Virus record (IMG/VR): IMGVR_UViG_3300007770_000001
Length of the DNA: 64,000 nt
From: a virus
Lineage: Duplodnaviria; Caudoviricetes
Direction: 5' to 3' (one strand)
Positions 55,997-64,000 of the stretch are shown here, in pieces. The notes beneath the pieces were generated by a model, which searched no databases, was not told the DNA's origin, and was given only the letters and a program-made list of their open reading frames with translations. The first letter of the stretch is position 1. The number at the start of each line of letters is the position of its first letter. The position numbers and the translations under genes are program-made.

Positions 55997-58511
55997 ATGG
56001 AAGTCCGTAGAGGTTTCGACAGAGCCGCTCCTCGAGAAGGTGCAGCCCCCTATCGATTCGCTCACCGCGGTCCTCGATTTCCTAATCACCATCCTCTCCA
56101 TCGCCCAGCAAATCCTCAACGTCCTGAAAGCGTTCCTGGTAGGCCTGCTGGACCCCATCCGCTCCCTGGTTGAGCAGATCATACAGGAGATCCGGGACCT
56201 CATCCACGACCTCCGGCAGCTTGGCCTGTACATGTCGGGGGACTGGGATCTGATCAAGTCCGAGGACCGCTACATCTACTTGGTCGGAGGCTACCAGGCG
56301 TATGAGCGCCGGATGATTGGGCGGTTGCTGGACAACACGGACCCCGGACGGCCGGATTTCACCTCCTCCTCTACAGTGGTGGCCCTGTTCCTGTATGTGT
56401 CCTCTGGAGACCTGGATACGGTCATCCGACTCATCAGGGCCATCGTCAAGTTCTTCCGGAGAGAGGACCTCCTATCCTCTTCCATGCCCTATGGAACACC
56501 GAACACACCGACCATCAAGTACGGGACAGACGGAGCAGGAGTCGCAGCGTTCCGTCAGATAGGGTCACTGTCGGTGACTCCCACAGCACTCACTGTGTCC
56601 TGGTCCATGCCGGCTCCCCTGGGAGGCAAAGGGTTCTCTCCGGCCCCCAAAGGGTTCCTGATCCATGTCTCCACCATCCCTGATGGACTACAGGTGATCA
56701 GCGCCACACCCAAGGCGGAGACTTCCAGTGACGTAGAGGACCTGGCTCGGGTCCTGTCTGGCGCCGTGGATCCCCTCACCAACGGTCCTCTCAAGTTGTA
56801 TGGGGGGATCACTGACCTCAACACGACGGTCCCGGACTTCTCCGACCTGGCTCTCCCGGATCCTCGAGCCCCTCTCCTGTTCCTCCAAGCTGGCGCGAAC
56901 ACGCCCCTTATCCAGCCGGCCACACTGATCCATGAAGGAGCCCCGCTCCTGGCGACGACGTTCTTCGCGAAGGCTGGGTTCGTCTCCAAGCTGGGGGCTG
57001 GCGCCACGTTCTCAGCTACGATCTCGAAGTCGGATCTCCCACTCCATGCCACATTTGTCGCGGGATCCGAGGGTTTCGCCGAGGTGGATGGATCTCCCTT
57101 CGAGGCCCAGACCTACTGGATCCGGATCCGGGCGGTCACCAAGGACTACATAGACGAGCTCCTCCCAGGGGTATCCGGGACCCTACAGAACCCCTCTCCC
57201 GTGTATCCTTCGGGAGCAGCCCCCTACTACTTCACCGCCAACTCAATCGTCCAGGCGTCCGGAGGCATCCTCCTCCCCGAGCAAGCATCCAAGTTCAGCT
57301 CGGAAGTGGGATACACCTGTATGACCCAGGCATCAGGGCCTGTAGTCGCCGAGTTCCCCTCCGAGAACCAGGTCAGGTACACACAGGCCGTCCAGGCAGC
57401 CATAGCTCTTGCTGTCCTGTGTCGCGCGGATCTATCCGAGGCTCCGGACTCCGGATTCCGAGAGAGCACCTACCTCCCGGGCCAGGGGCTCAAGGGCCTG
57501 GAGAACGCGGCTCGAGACATCCTGGCTCGATACGGATTCCAGCCTCGATGGTTCAAGGGACGTCGTCCAGGAGCATTCCGCCGCAAGTTGAAGGCTGTTC
57601 TTCTGCGGGTCTCTTCCGACCTGCTCAACCGAGCTCTTCCTCCAGAGGGAGTCGCTGACGCCATTGTTTCCGGGGCCAAGGACCTCTTGGGATTCGTCTG
57701 GAAGGACGCCCACGACGATTTCCCCGAGCAGACCATCCTTGAGTCCTTGGGCCTTGGAGCCACCTCTTCCTCTGAGGACAGCGGGGTAGGTGGGAACCCT
57801 TTCTGTCGGACCATCAACAAGCGGAACCTGCGTGGCCAGTACCAGGAGGGACAGGGACCCCCTCGAGCCCCTGCTTTCTCCGAGTCCCCCAAGGTAGAGG
57901 TCTTGGACACCACGGGGACGGTGGTATGGGTCTCAGGAGGGGGGTCTGCCGACGACTCTCCTGTTTTGTTCAATGACTCGACGGGAGAGGTTCAGTTCAT
58001 CCGGAACGCTGTCTCGCAGTACGATGGGGGTTCCTTGCTGGACGCTGCTGTTGCAGTCCTGCAGCTGGCGGGGGCCTGGGTTTCCCGTCCCGTAGCGGAT
58101 ACCCAGTGGGTGACGATACGCCTTCTTCCCCAAGCCCTCACTCCTCTTGATGATCTCCTTGAGAGGCTGGACCGTTTCCTCCAGGCAGTCCTGGATGGCC
58201 TGGAGGGGATCACAGATAAAATCGTTGCCTACATCGAGGCTATCCAGGCGCGGATCTACCAGTTGCAGGCCCTGTTGGTGAAGATCCGCGCTCTCCTGAA
58301 CTCCCTTGAGCTGCTCCGCTTCGGCCCTGCGTCTGGATTGGTGCTGGCCGAGTCGGGGACCGCAGGAATCGTCCAGGCTCTGGTTGCCGCAGAGGAGAAA
58401 CCAGAGGATAGCGCCACCGCGTATGGCGCTGGAGTGGTCCTGGTAGCGGGAGGTCTCCCAACACTACTGCTTGATCTCCTCAAGAAGATCTTCGACGGAG
58501 GATCGGACTGA
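55989..58511 (+). CDS. conserved structural-type protein (840 aa)
   Basis: Helical N- and C-termini, coupled to flanking genes. Confidence 0.75.
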   Translation: MAEWKSVEVSTEPLLEKVQPPIDSLTAVLDFLITILSIAQQILNVLKAFLVGLLDPIRSLVEQIIQEIRDLIHDLRQLGLYMSGDWDLIKSEDRYIYLVGGYQAYERRMIGRLLDNTDPGRPDFTSSSTVVALFLYVSSGDLDTVIRLIRAIVKFFRREDLLSSSMPYGTPNTPTIKYGTDGAGVAAFRQIGSLSVTPTALTVSWSMPAPLGGKGFSPAPKGFLIHVSTIPDGLQVISATPKAETSSDVEDLARVLSGAVDPLTNGPLKLYGGITDLNTTVPDFSDLALPDPRAPLLFLQAGANTPLIQPATLIHEGAPLLATTFFAKAGFVSKLGAGATFSATISKSDLPLHATFVAGSEGFAEVDGSPFEAQTYWIRIRAVTKDYIDELLPGVSGTLQNPSPVYPSGAAPYYFTANSIVQASGGILLPEQASKFSSEVGYTCMTQASGPVVAEFPSENQVRYTQAVQAAIALAVLCRADLSEAPDSGFRESTYLPGQGLKGLENAARDILARYGFQPRWFKGRRPGAFRRKLKAVLLRVSSDLLNRALPPEGVADAIVSGAKDLLGFVWKDAHDDFPEQTILESLGLGATSSSEDSGVGGNPFCRTINKRNLRGQYQEGQGPPRAPAFSESPKVEVLDTTGTVVWVSGGGSADDSPVLFNDSTGEVQFIRNAVSQYDGGSLLDAAVAVLQLAGAWVSRPVADTQWVTIRLLPQALTPLDDLLERLDRFLQAVLDGLEGITDKIVAYIEAIQARIYQLQALLVKIRALLNSLELLRFGPASGLVLAESGTAGIVQALVAAEEKPEDSATAYGAGVVLVAGGLPTLLLDLLKKIFDGGSD

Positions 58512-59359
58512 TGGCGGTGTTCTCCTGGTCCTCCCGATTTCGTGAGGGACAGTGGCGTGCGTTCCGAAGGTTCATGCTGGAGGAGCGCCGGGACGTGGCT
58601 GCACGCTTCCAGGTGATAGACGCAGAACTCCAGAGAATCGGAGAGATCCAGGTCCTCTTCGAGAGGGACGAGGCAGGGAACACCACGGAGAAGCGGAAAG
58701 GGATCGTCGTAGAGCCTGCGGACTCCTCCCTGGGCAAGCTCCTCCTGGCGTACACAAGCTTGGGCGGGAATCCTCTCGACATCTCCCTGTTCCTGACACC
58801 AGAGAGGGCTATCGAGATTGACGGGGAATACATCCCAACGATGCCTGGAGGGGGTCAGCTATACCAGAAGAACATCAGATACAGCTATGATCAGGGAGTC
58901 CAGGACGGGGACGCAAGTCTCCAAAAGTACAGGCCCTCCCGGATGGGAGGCAAGGGGATCGCGATTCGGGAGAAGGACATCTCCGTTTACGTGGGGGTGG
59001 GTCGCCGTTGGATCTCCCAAGCAATGCGGACCAAGCGCACCCGGCTCGAGGAAAGGATCATCAAGTTGATGGACCTACGGGAACAGCTGGAACAGGAGGT
59101 CCAGGACATGATTGGAGCGACTGGGTTCTCCTTGGGCTCCAACTTCTCAACTGACGAGTACAATCCGAGTCTCACGGCAGCCAGCATCGCGTATTTCTTC
59201 GACTCGACGTTCCGTGTTCCGGATTCTGATGACCCCACGTCCATCCCGGTTGACGATACAGCTGACGCAGGACAGTCCGGCTCCTTGAACACCAGCGTGT
59301 TGGCCGGTTACGACTCGTTGATGGTAGACGAAGACGAGGAGGAGAACACCGCTCTCTGA
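58511..59359 (+). CDS. hypothetical protein
   Basis: TGATG coupling; 282 aa. Confidence 0.7.
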   Translation: MAVFSWSSRFREGQWRAFRRFMLEERRDVAARFQVIDAELQRIGEIQVLFERDEAGNTTEKRKGIVVEPADSSLGKLLLAYTSLGGNPLDISLFLTPERAIEIDGEYIPTMPGGGQLYQKNIRYSYDQGVQDGDASLQKYRPSRMGGKGIAIREKDISVYVGVGRRWISQAMRTKRTRLEERIIKLMDLREQLEQEVQDMIGATGFSLGSNFSTDEYNPSLTAASIAYFFDSTFRVPDSDDPTSIPVDDTADAGQSGSLNTSVLAGYDSLMVDEDEEENTAL

Positions 59360-59405
59360 CGGTCGACAGCCAATATCCAGGCTCCCGCGTTCAAGGAGAT
59401 CGGAT

Positions 59406-60056
59406 ATGAAGCCCTCTGCTGCACGCGTCGCCAAGAAGTGGAAGAATCTCCCCAAGGGCTGGACCGACGAGTCCGTGCGGAAGTTCTGGGACACGATGAC
59501 CAAGGGAGCTCCGAAGCACCCAGTGACCAAGTGTATCAAGGAGATGGACGGCAAGGTCGGGGATCCGGGGGCCTTCTGTGGGGGGCTGGCCGACTGGATG
59601 GAGGGGAAGTCTTGGAGGAAAGAGTCCGCGACCATCAACGACTCCGTCACATACACAGGTTCGGATGGAGATATCACATATACGGTGGTGGAAGTCCGGG
59701 GGGCCATCTACAAGGTCCGTGCCCGCCATTCGGAGAAGGGAGAAGCCCCGAAGCTCCTGACTTTCACCAGGAATGCATGGGACAACCTCCTGGAGCAGGC
59801 GGACCGTCTTGGGCCCCGGTTCGCAGGAACCAAGGTCGCGAAGAGGATTCGGATCGTCTTCTACGAGTGCGAGCACACCGGAGACGCCCAACACTACCAG
59901 GCAGACCTGGAGAGCAGCGGAGCGCGGGTGATCACCCGACGCCTGGACCTGGATGAGGAGACCTGTTCGTTCCTCATCAATGTCGACGACCCTCGGGACT
60001 TCTCGAGACGCTTCCGGGATACAGTATCCGCTGAGTTTTCCAACCTTGGATATTGA
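59406..60056 (+). CDS. modular hypothetical protein with N-terminal SAARVA motif
   Basis: AAGGAG SD. Confidence 0.75.
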   Translation: MKPSAARVAKKWKNLPKGWTDESVRKFWDTMTKGAPKHPVTKCIKEMDGKVGDPGAFCGGLADWMEGKSWRKESATINDSVTYTGSDGDITYTVVEVRGAIYKVRARHSEKGEAPKLLTFTRNAWDNLLEQADRLGPRFAGTKVAKRIRIVFYECEHTGDAQHYQADLESSGARVITRRLDLDEETCSFLINVDDPRDFSRRFRDTVSAEFSNLGY

Positions 60057-60075
60057 TGTCGGGGTAACACCAACT

Positions 60076-60285
60076 ATGCCTTGCTATCATGTCCAGCTGG
60101 AAACCGAGAGCGATACCTACGGCTTCGAGGTATGGACTGACGACTTCAACTACGTGGACCTGGCGCGCCAGGGCCTTGCCAAGATCATCGGTCCTGAGCA
60201 GGCTCAGAGAGCCCATGTAGGGGGTTGCTCCAACATCGGATTCGATCCGGATATGGGTCGTCCCAAGATCAAGCGGATCTTGTGA
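60076..60285 (+). CDS. small hypothetical protein
   Basis: ATG in the 59953 frame; GTGA overlap with next gene. Confidence 0.55.
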   Translation: MPCYHVQLETESDTYGFEVWTDDFNYVDLARQGLAKIIGPEQAQRAHVGGCSNIGFDPDMGRPKIKRIL

Positions 60286-60737
60286 TCCGGGAACTCTCCC
60301 TCAAGGACCACACCGAAGAGATCCTATTGCTGGCGACCCCTGGATCCGCCGAGGACTGGGGAGACTTCGAGGTCTTCCGAGGAACCAGCTGGGAAGGCGG
60401 GGTATGTGTGGTCTCCGGAGCGTCCTATTCCCATGCCCTCCATGGACATCTCATACCTCTCCTCCGAGAGTTGGGGAGAGACCCCCGCGCCTCTGGGAGA
60501 AGGGTGTCTGAGGAGGAAGGGTTGTGCGGGGTTCGCTCTACCTGTATGTCCTGGAACCCCAAGCTCTGTCGACCTGGCGGCCAGCACAAGGGATCCCCCG
60601 GCCCGCCGACTTGCTACGATGCCCCTCTGGAGAGCCCGGACCCCGAGGTTGCCCACCTATTCCGCCGCGTAGCCCTGGCTTGGTCTGAGGGGCGCCACAC
60701 TGTGGTGGTGGAGGGCCCTGGCTTCAACTATCGGTAG
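60282..60737 (+). CDS. hypothetical Cys-containing protein
   Basis: GTG overlapping previous stop. Confidence 0.6.
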   Translation: MIRELSLKDHTEEILLLATPGSAEDWGDFEVFRGTSWEGGVCVVSGASYSHALHGHLIPLLRELGRDPRASGRRVSEEEGLCGVRSTCMSWNPKLCRPGGQHKGSPGPPTCYDAPLESPDPEVAHLFRRVALAWSEGRHTVVVEGPGFNYR

Positions 60738-60746
60738 AGTAGTCTC

Positions 60747-61640
60747 ATGTCACTTCCTGATCTATGGGACAACTGCTATGATGGGAAGGCTCGCAGCCTG
60801 CTCTCTCCTGAAGCCTTCCGGAACGAATACTGTCGGAAGTGTATCAACTTCGGATGCAGGAACGCCCGTGGAGAGGATAGGGGTCTGACTCTCTGGGACA
60901 AGCGGATGTCTACCCAAGCAGATCGTCTGCTCCACAACCCCAACTTCGGGAACCCCCAGGATCCAGCGTATCGGAACGTGGTACAGGCCCAGTTCCAAGA
61001 CATCGTACAGAAGGCCCTGGCTATTGAGGTCGCGGAGAGGAAGGGGGACTGGTCTATCCCCACCCCAGAGGAAGTTGGGACGGAGGCTGCGTCCTTGATT
61101 GGACTGACCCCTTCAGGATTTCGTAGCACCCCCGAGCCTGATGATGTCAAGCCCCCAGAGCGCCTCGTAGATGAAGTCAAGGTCTCCAAGTTCGAGAGGA
61201 TGCAGGAGCTCCAGCAACTTCCACCCCCTCCCGAGCCAGAGGGCCTCTGGCGTGTCCAAGGGTCCAAGAAGGGAACCTTCTACGAGGTTTCTCAGTTCCC
61301 TGGGGATGTATGGAGATGCACCTGTCCTTCGAGAGAAGATCCGTGCAAGCACATACAACACATACAGAAGAGGGTACGTCGACTCCCCGTTCCGGAGGCT
61401 CCCAAGAAGGTCGAGCCTCCAAGGCTCCCCCCACCGGCCTCAGCGGCTCCCGTATGGGCTCCGGGACAGGGGCTAAAGAACACTTCTGAGCCCTCCCAGG
61501 GGATCATGGTAGGGGGTGGCAAGCCCTCTCCCTCCGAGGACCCCTGGGCCCCGACACCGACGCCAAAGGTGAGGGAGCGGAAGATATCCGTTGGGGGGAG
61601 AATCAGATTCAAGAAGAGTTCCGGACCCAAGAACAGGTAA
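60747..61640 (+). CDS. SWIM zinc-finger protein
   Basis: YEV...WRCTCPSREDPCKHI (CxC...CxH); N-terminal CRKCINFGC. Confidence 0.75.
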   Translation: MSLPDLWDNCYDGKARSLLSPEAFRNEYCRKCINFGCRNARGEDRGLTLWDKRMSTQADRLLHNPNFGNPQDPAYRNVVQAQFQDIVQKALAIEVAERKGDWSIPTPEEVGTEAASLIGLTPSGFRSTPEPDDVKPPERLVDEVKVSKFERMQELQQLPPPPEPEGLWRVQGSKKGTFYEVSQFPGDVWRCTCPSREDPCKHIQHIQKRVRRLPVPEAPKKVEPPRLPPPASAAPVWAPGQGLKNTSEPSQGIMVGGGKPSPSEDPWAPTPTPKVRERKISVGGRIRFKKSSGPKNR

Positions 61641-61648
61641 TCAACCCC

Positions 61649-62656
61649 GTGATGACCCAACCAACCATCCTCAGCCTCCTCGGAGCCGTCAACGAGAAGT
61701 TGGCCGCGACTCCAGAGGGGCGAGACATCTTCGATCGCCTGAAGAGGGGTGAGATCGACATGGAGAATGCAGCCGTTGCTCTTCATGACATCGCCGCCCG
61801 GTCGGGATTGATTCCAGACCTGACCTCCCTCTCCAAGAGGTTCTCCGAGATCTCCCCCGGAATGCTCAAGGGAGGCCGCCCCGTAGCGGTCAAGCTCACG
61901 GGATTGCCTCAGCTCAATCCTCTGGTGGAGGCCGCCATCATGGAGCGGGCCTCCCTGGACGGAGATGTTCCCGAGATGAGAACAGGGCAACTCCCTCCGG
62001 AAGGACGTCCCGCCGTCCCGGTGATCGCCGATGTAATGGAGCCTGCAACCCTGGGCTCCATGCTCGAGACCGCCTCGGAGCATATCTCTCGGAAGCTGGT
62101 AGCGGCTCGGGCGGGGCACACGGAGACCTGTGGCCGGCTCATTGAGCTTGCTCGGGAGACCGCAGCGCGCAATGGAGTGGATCAGGTCACGGCCATGATG
62201 ATCGCCTCCCAGAACTTCCCTCCAGTCCCTACTGGAGTTCCGGGCTACGAGGCGGGGCAGGCCCCCACAGCACTCAGGATAGCGGAGCCCAATCCACTGG
62301 CGATCGCGGCTCTCCCAGAGACCCAGAAGCGCGCCCTGTCCTTCAAGGTCCTGTCAACGACCCAGGGACGCAAGTCTGCCGCTTTCTGCATCGAACAGGA
62401 CCTCACCCGCCGATCAGGAGTCCCAGAGGGGAAGCCTTCCGAGATCAGCCCTGCCGTCATCTGGCAGGCCGAAGCCCACGGAGCGGAGGACCTCGGAGAC
62501 TCAAACAGCATGGCCCAGGCCGCCGCTGCTTTCCTGAGGCTCCTCCGTCAGGCCTCCCGGGAAGATCCCTCGACTGTCTTCTCCGTGAGCCCTTGGGCTG
62601 ACATCCCCTCGCGAAAGTTCGGGTGGGTGATGGAATACGGACCCCCAGCCAAGTAG
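61649..62656 (+). CDS. hypothetical protein
   Basis: 335-aa ORF. Confidence 0.7.
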   Translation: MMTQPTILSLLGAVNEKLAATPEGRDIFDRLKRGEIDMENAAVALHDIAARSGLIPDLTSLSKRFSEISPGMLKGGRPVAVKLTGLPQLNPLVEAAIMERASLDGDVPEMRTGQLPPEGRPAVPVIADVMEPATLGSMLETASEHISRKLVAARAGHTETCGRLIELARETAARNGVDQVTAMMIASQNFPPVPTGVPGYEAGQAPTALRIAEPNPLAIAALPETQKRALSFKVLSTTQGRKSAAFCIEQDLTRRSGVPEGKPSEISPAVIWQAEAHGAEDLGDSNSMAQAAAAFLRLLRQASREDPSTVFSVSPWADIPSRKFGWVMEYGPPAK

Positions 62657-62665
62657 GGAGACACC

Positions 62666-62968
62666 ATGGACACGTTCGCATCCAACCTGGTCGGGTTCCT
62701 CCGCCGCTGGGATACCGACAGCCTGGTTGTGGTGGTTCACCCTGGAAGGGATGTCACCCGTGCCCACGCGCTCATCTCCTCGGAGTTCCCAGAGTCCGTG
62801 TTCACCACCAACTTCTGGGCAGCCGGGGACCGGGAGATACGAGTCCGGTCCACAAAGGAGTCTCCGGGGGACCTCTCAGGATACACCCTGTTCCTGTGCA
62901 ACGGGGGCCAGTCCTTCCCCTCCGAGGCCCAGAGGTGTCTTCAGGAGTGGGAGACACGTGCCCTCTGA
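62666..62968 (+). CDS. hypothetical protein
   Basis: GGGAG SD. Confidence 0.6.
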   Translation: MDTFASNLVGFLRRWDTDSLVVVVHPGRDVTRAHALISSEFPESVFTTNFWAAGDREIRVRSTKESPGDLSGYTLFLCNGGQSFPSEAQRCLQEWETRAL

Positions 62969-63365
62969 TCTCCTTACTGTCCAGATCCGTGGGGGAGAGC
63001 CATTCGAGATCTCCCTGGAAGGGAATCCTCTCTTCACGCACAACGGGGCGACCACAGTCCAACCGTTGATGATCACCCCCGAAGAGGAAGAGGCCCTGAG
63101 AGGCTTAGCTCTCAGGGCAGGATCTCAGATAGAGTTTTTCCGGCCGGGGAAGCCAAGCGAGGAGCAGGAGAGGATTCGCTCCCTTCTGATGGGAGAGGCC
63201 GGCGCCGCTCGTGTATGGCCCTGTGTCCAGTGCCCAACCTGTCCGTGGGCCAACCCCTTCCACGAGTACCCTTGCGGACTGGACACCATGGAGGCCGCAA
63301 CCATACAGGGACTCATGGGAGATCCCCTGTACGAGAAGGCAATCGAGGAGTGTCCGGTAGCATAG
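62958..63365 (+). CDS. hypothetical protein with C-terminal CxxCxxC
   Basis: GGGAG before GTG 62958. Confidence 0.6.
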   Translation: MPSDLLTVQIRGGEPFEISLEGNPLFTHNGATTVQPLMITPEEEEALRGLALRAGSQIEFFRPGKPSEEQERIRSLLMGEAGAARVWPCVQCPTCPWANPFHEYPCGLDTMEAATIQGLMGDPLYEKAIEECPVA

Positions 63366-63366
63366 A

Positions 63367-63394
63367 GTTTCTTGGGCTATCCCTGTGGGGTAAT
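63367..63394 (+). promoter_or_regulatory. variant promoter-like motif copy
   Basis: GTTTCT-N14-GGGGTAAT upstream of ATG 63417. Confidence 0.5.
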
Positions 63395-63416
63395 GCAGGT
63401 GAGCCAGGGAGATACG

Positions 63417-63821
63417 ATGAGCAAGCCCGACACCACCCCCAACATCGGCTGGACTGTCACCCTGGCTGGAGGACATCCCGCTTTGGTCCTTCAGACCAAC
63501 ACCCGAGGCCTCTGTCGCAAGTGGGCCCTCTCGGACTTCTCCACCCTCTGGATGAACAATGAACACGGCCTGTTCATCGTCCGTGACGGTGTTGATACGG
63601 TGTTCTCCGATCCAGAGCAGGCCGTGACCTCATTCCTCTTCGACGCTCTCGAGGCAGGGAACCCCTGGTTCCTGGTCCTCCAGTACTACACGGAGGAGGG
63701 AGATCCCGTCACCTCCTGTTGGCTGACCCAGGAGGAGGACACCCAGCTGGTCCGCATGCTTGACCGGTGGCTCTGCGTCCTGTCCACCCCGCCCGACTCC
63801 GAGAACACATTCGCCGCATAG
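63417..63821 (+). CDS. hypothetical protein
   Basis: GGGAG SD before ATG 63417. Confidence 0.65.
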   Translation: MSKPDTTPNIGWTVTLAGGHPALVLQTNTRGLCRKWALSDFSTLWMNNEHGLFIVRDGVDTVFSDPEQAVTSFLFDALEAGNPWFLVLQYYTEEGDPVTSCWLTQEEDTQLVRMLDRWLCVLSTPPDSENTFAA

Positions 63822-64000
63822 GTTTTTTCGCCAAAAGAGTAGGCGCAGACCCAAACGCGGTTATACCTCAATCGTTATGACCAACGTCTCCTTCAGCACC
63901 TTGTCCTATTCAAGCTGGCTTTCGAGCCTGTTTGGCACAGGGAGGGTGCGCGAGTAGACCAACGAGGTCACCGACCAGGAACCCCCTCCGGCCCAAACGG

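Overview
GC-rich, densely coding segment of a large (jumbo-type) tailed dsDNA phage with a contractile tail, read in the standard genetic code. About 1-29 kb is an accessory, replication and host-takeover region. It holds a volactin-like actin ATPase, a RelA/SpoT-type HD alarmone hydrolase, a PEP-utiliser mobile-domain protein, a DEDDh exonuclease, a class-I release factor, a PLD nuclease, a split NAD-dependent DNA ligase with an adjacent GIY-YIG/NUMOD3 homing endonuclease, a sigma factor, an SLX1-like nuclease, a MazG-like gene and a terminase-like ATPase. About 29.8-59.4 kb is a tail/baseplate module: tube, chaperone-like genes, tape measure, two tube-initiator-like paralogs, hub, spike, a 3631-aa protein and an antisense SET-domain gene. 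The strongest observations are: (1) a phage release factor with an RF1-type PxT motif whose reading frame is joined by a prfB-type +1 frameshift cassette (GGGGG-TCC-CTT-TGA-C); (2) a homing endonuclease flanked by two copies of the ligase promoter plus 5' end, next to a ligase split into two separately promoted genes; (3) a recurrent promoter-like motif GTTTC(T/C)-N14-GACGTAA(C/T). No tRNA, rRNA or CRISPR array was recognised. All family assignments come from motif recognition by eye, not from database searches.
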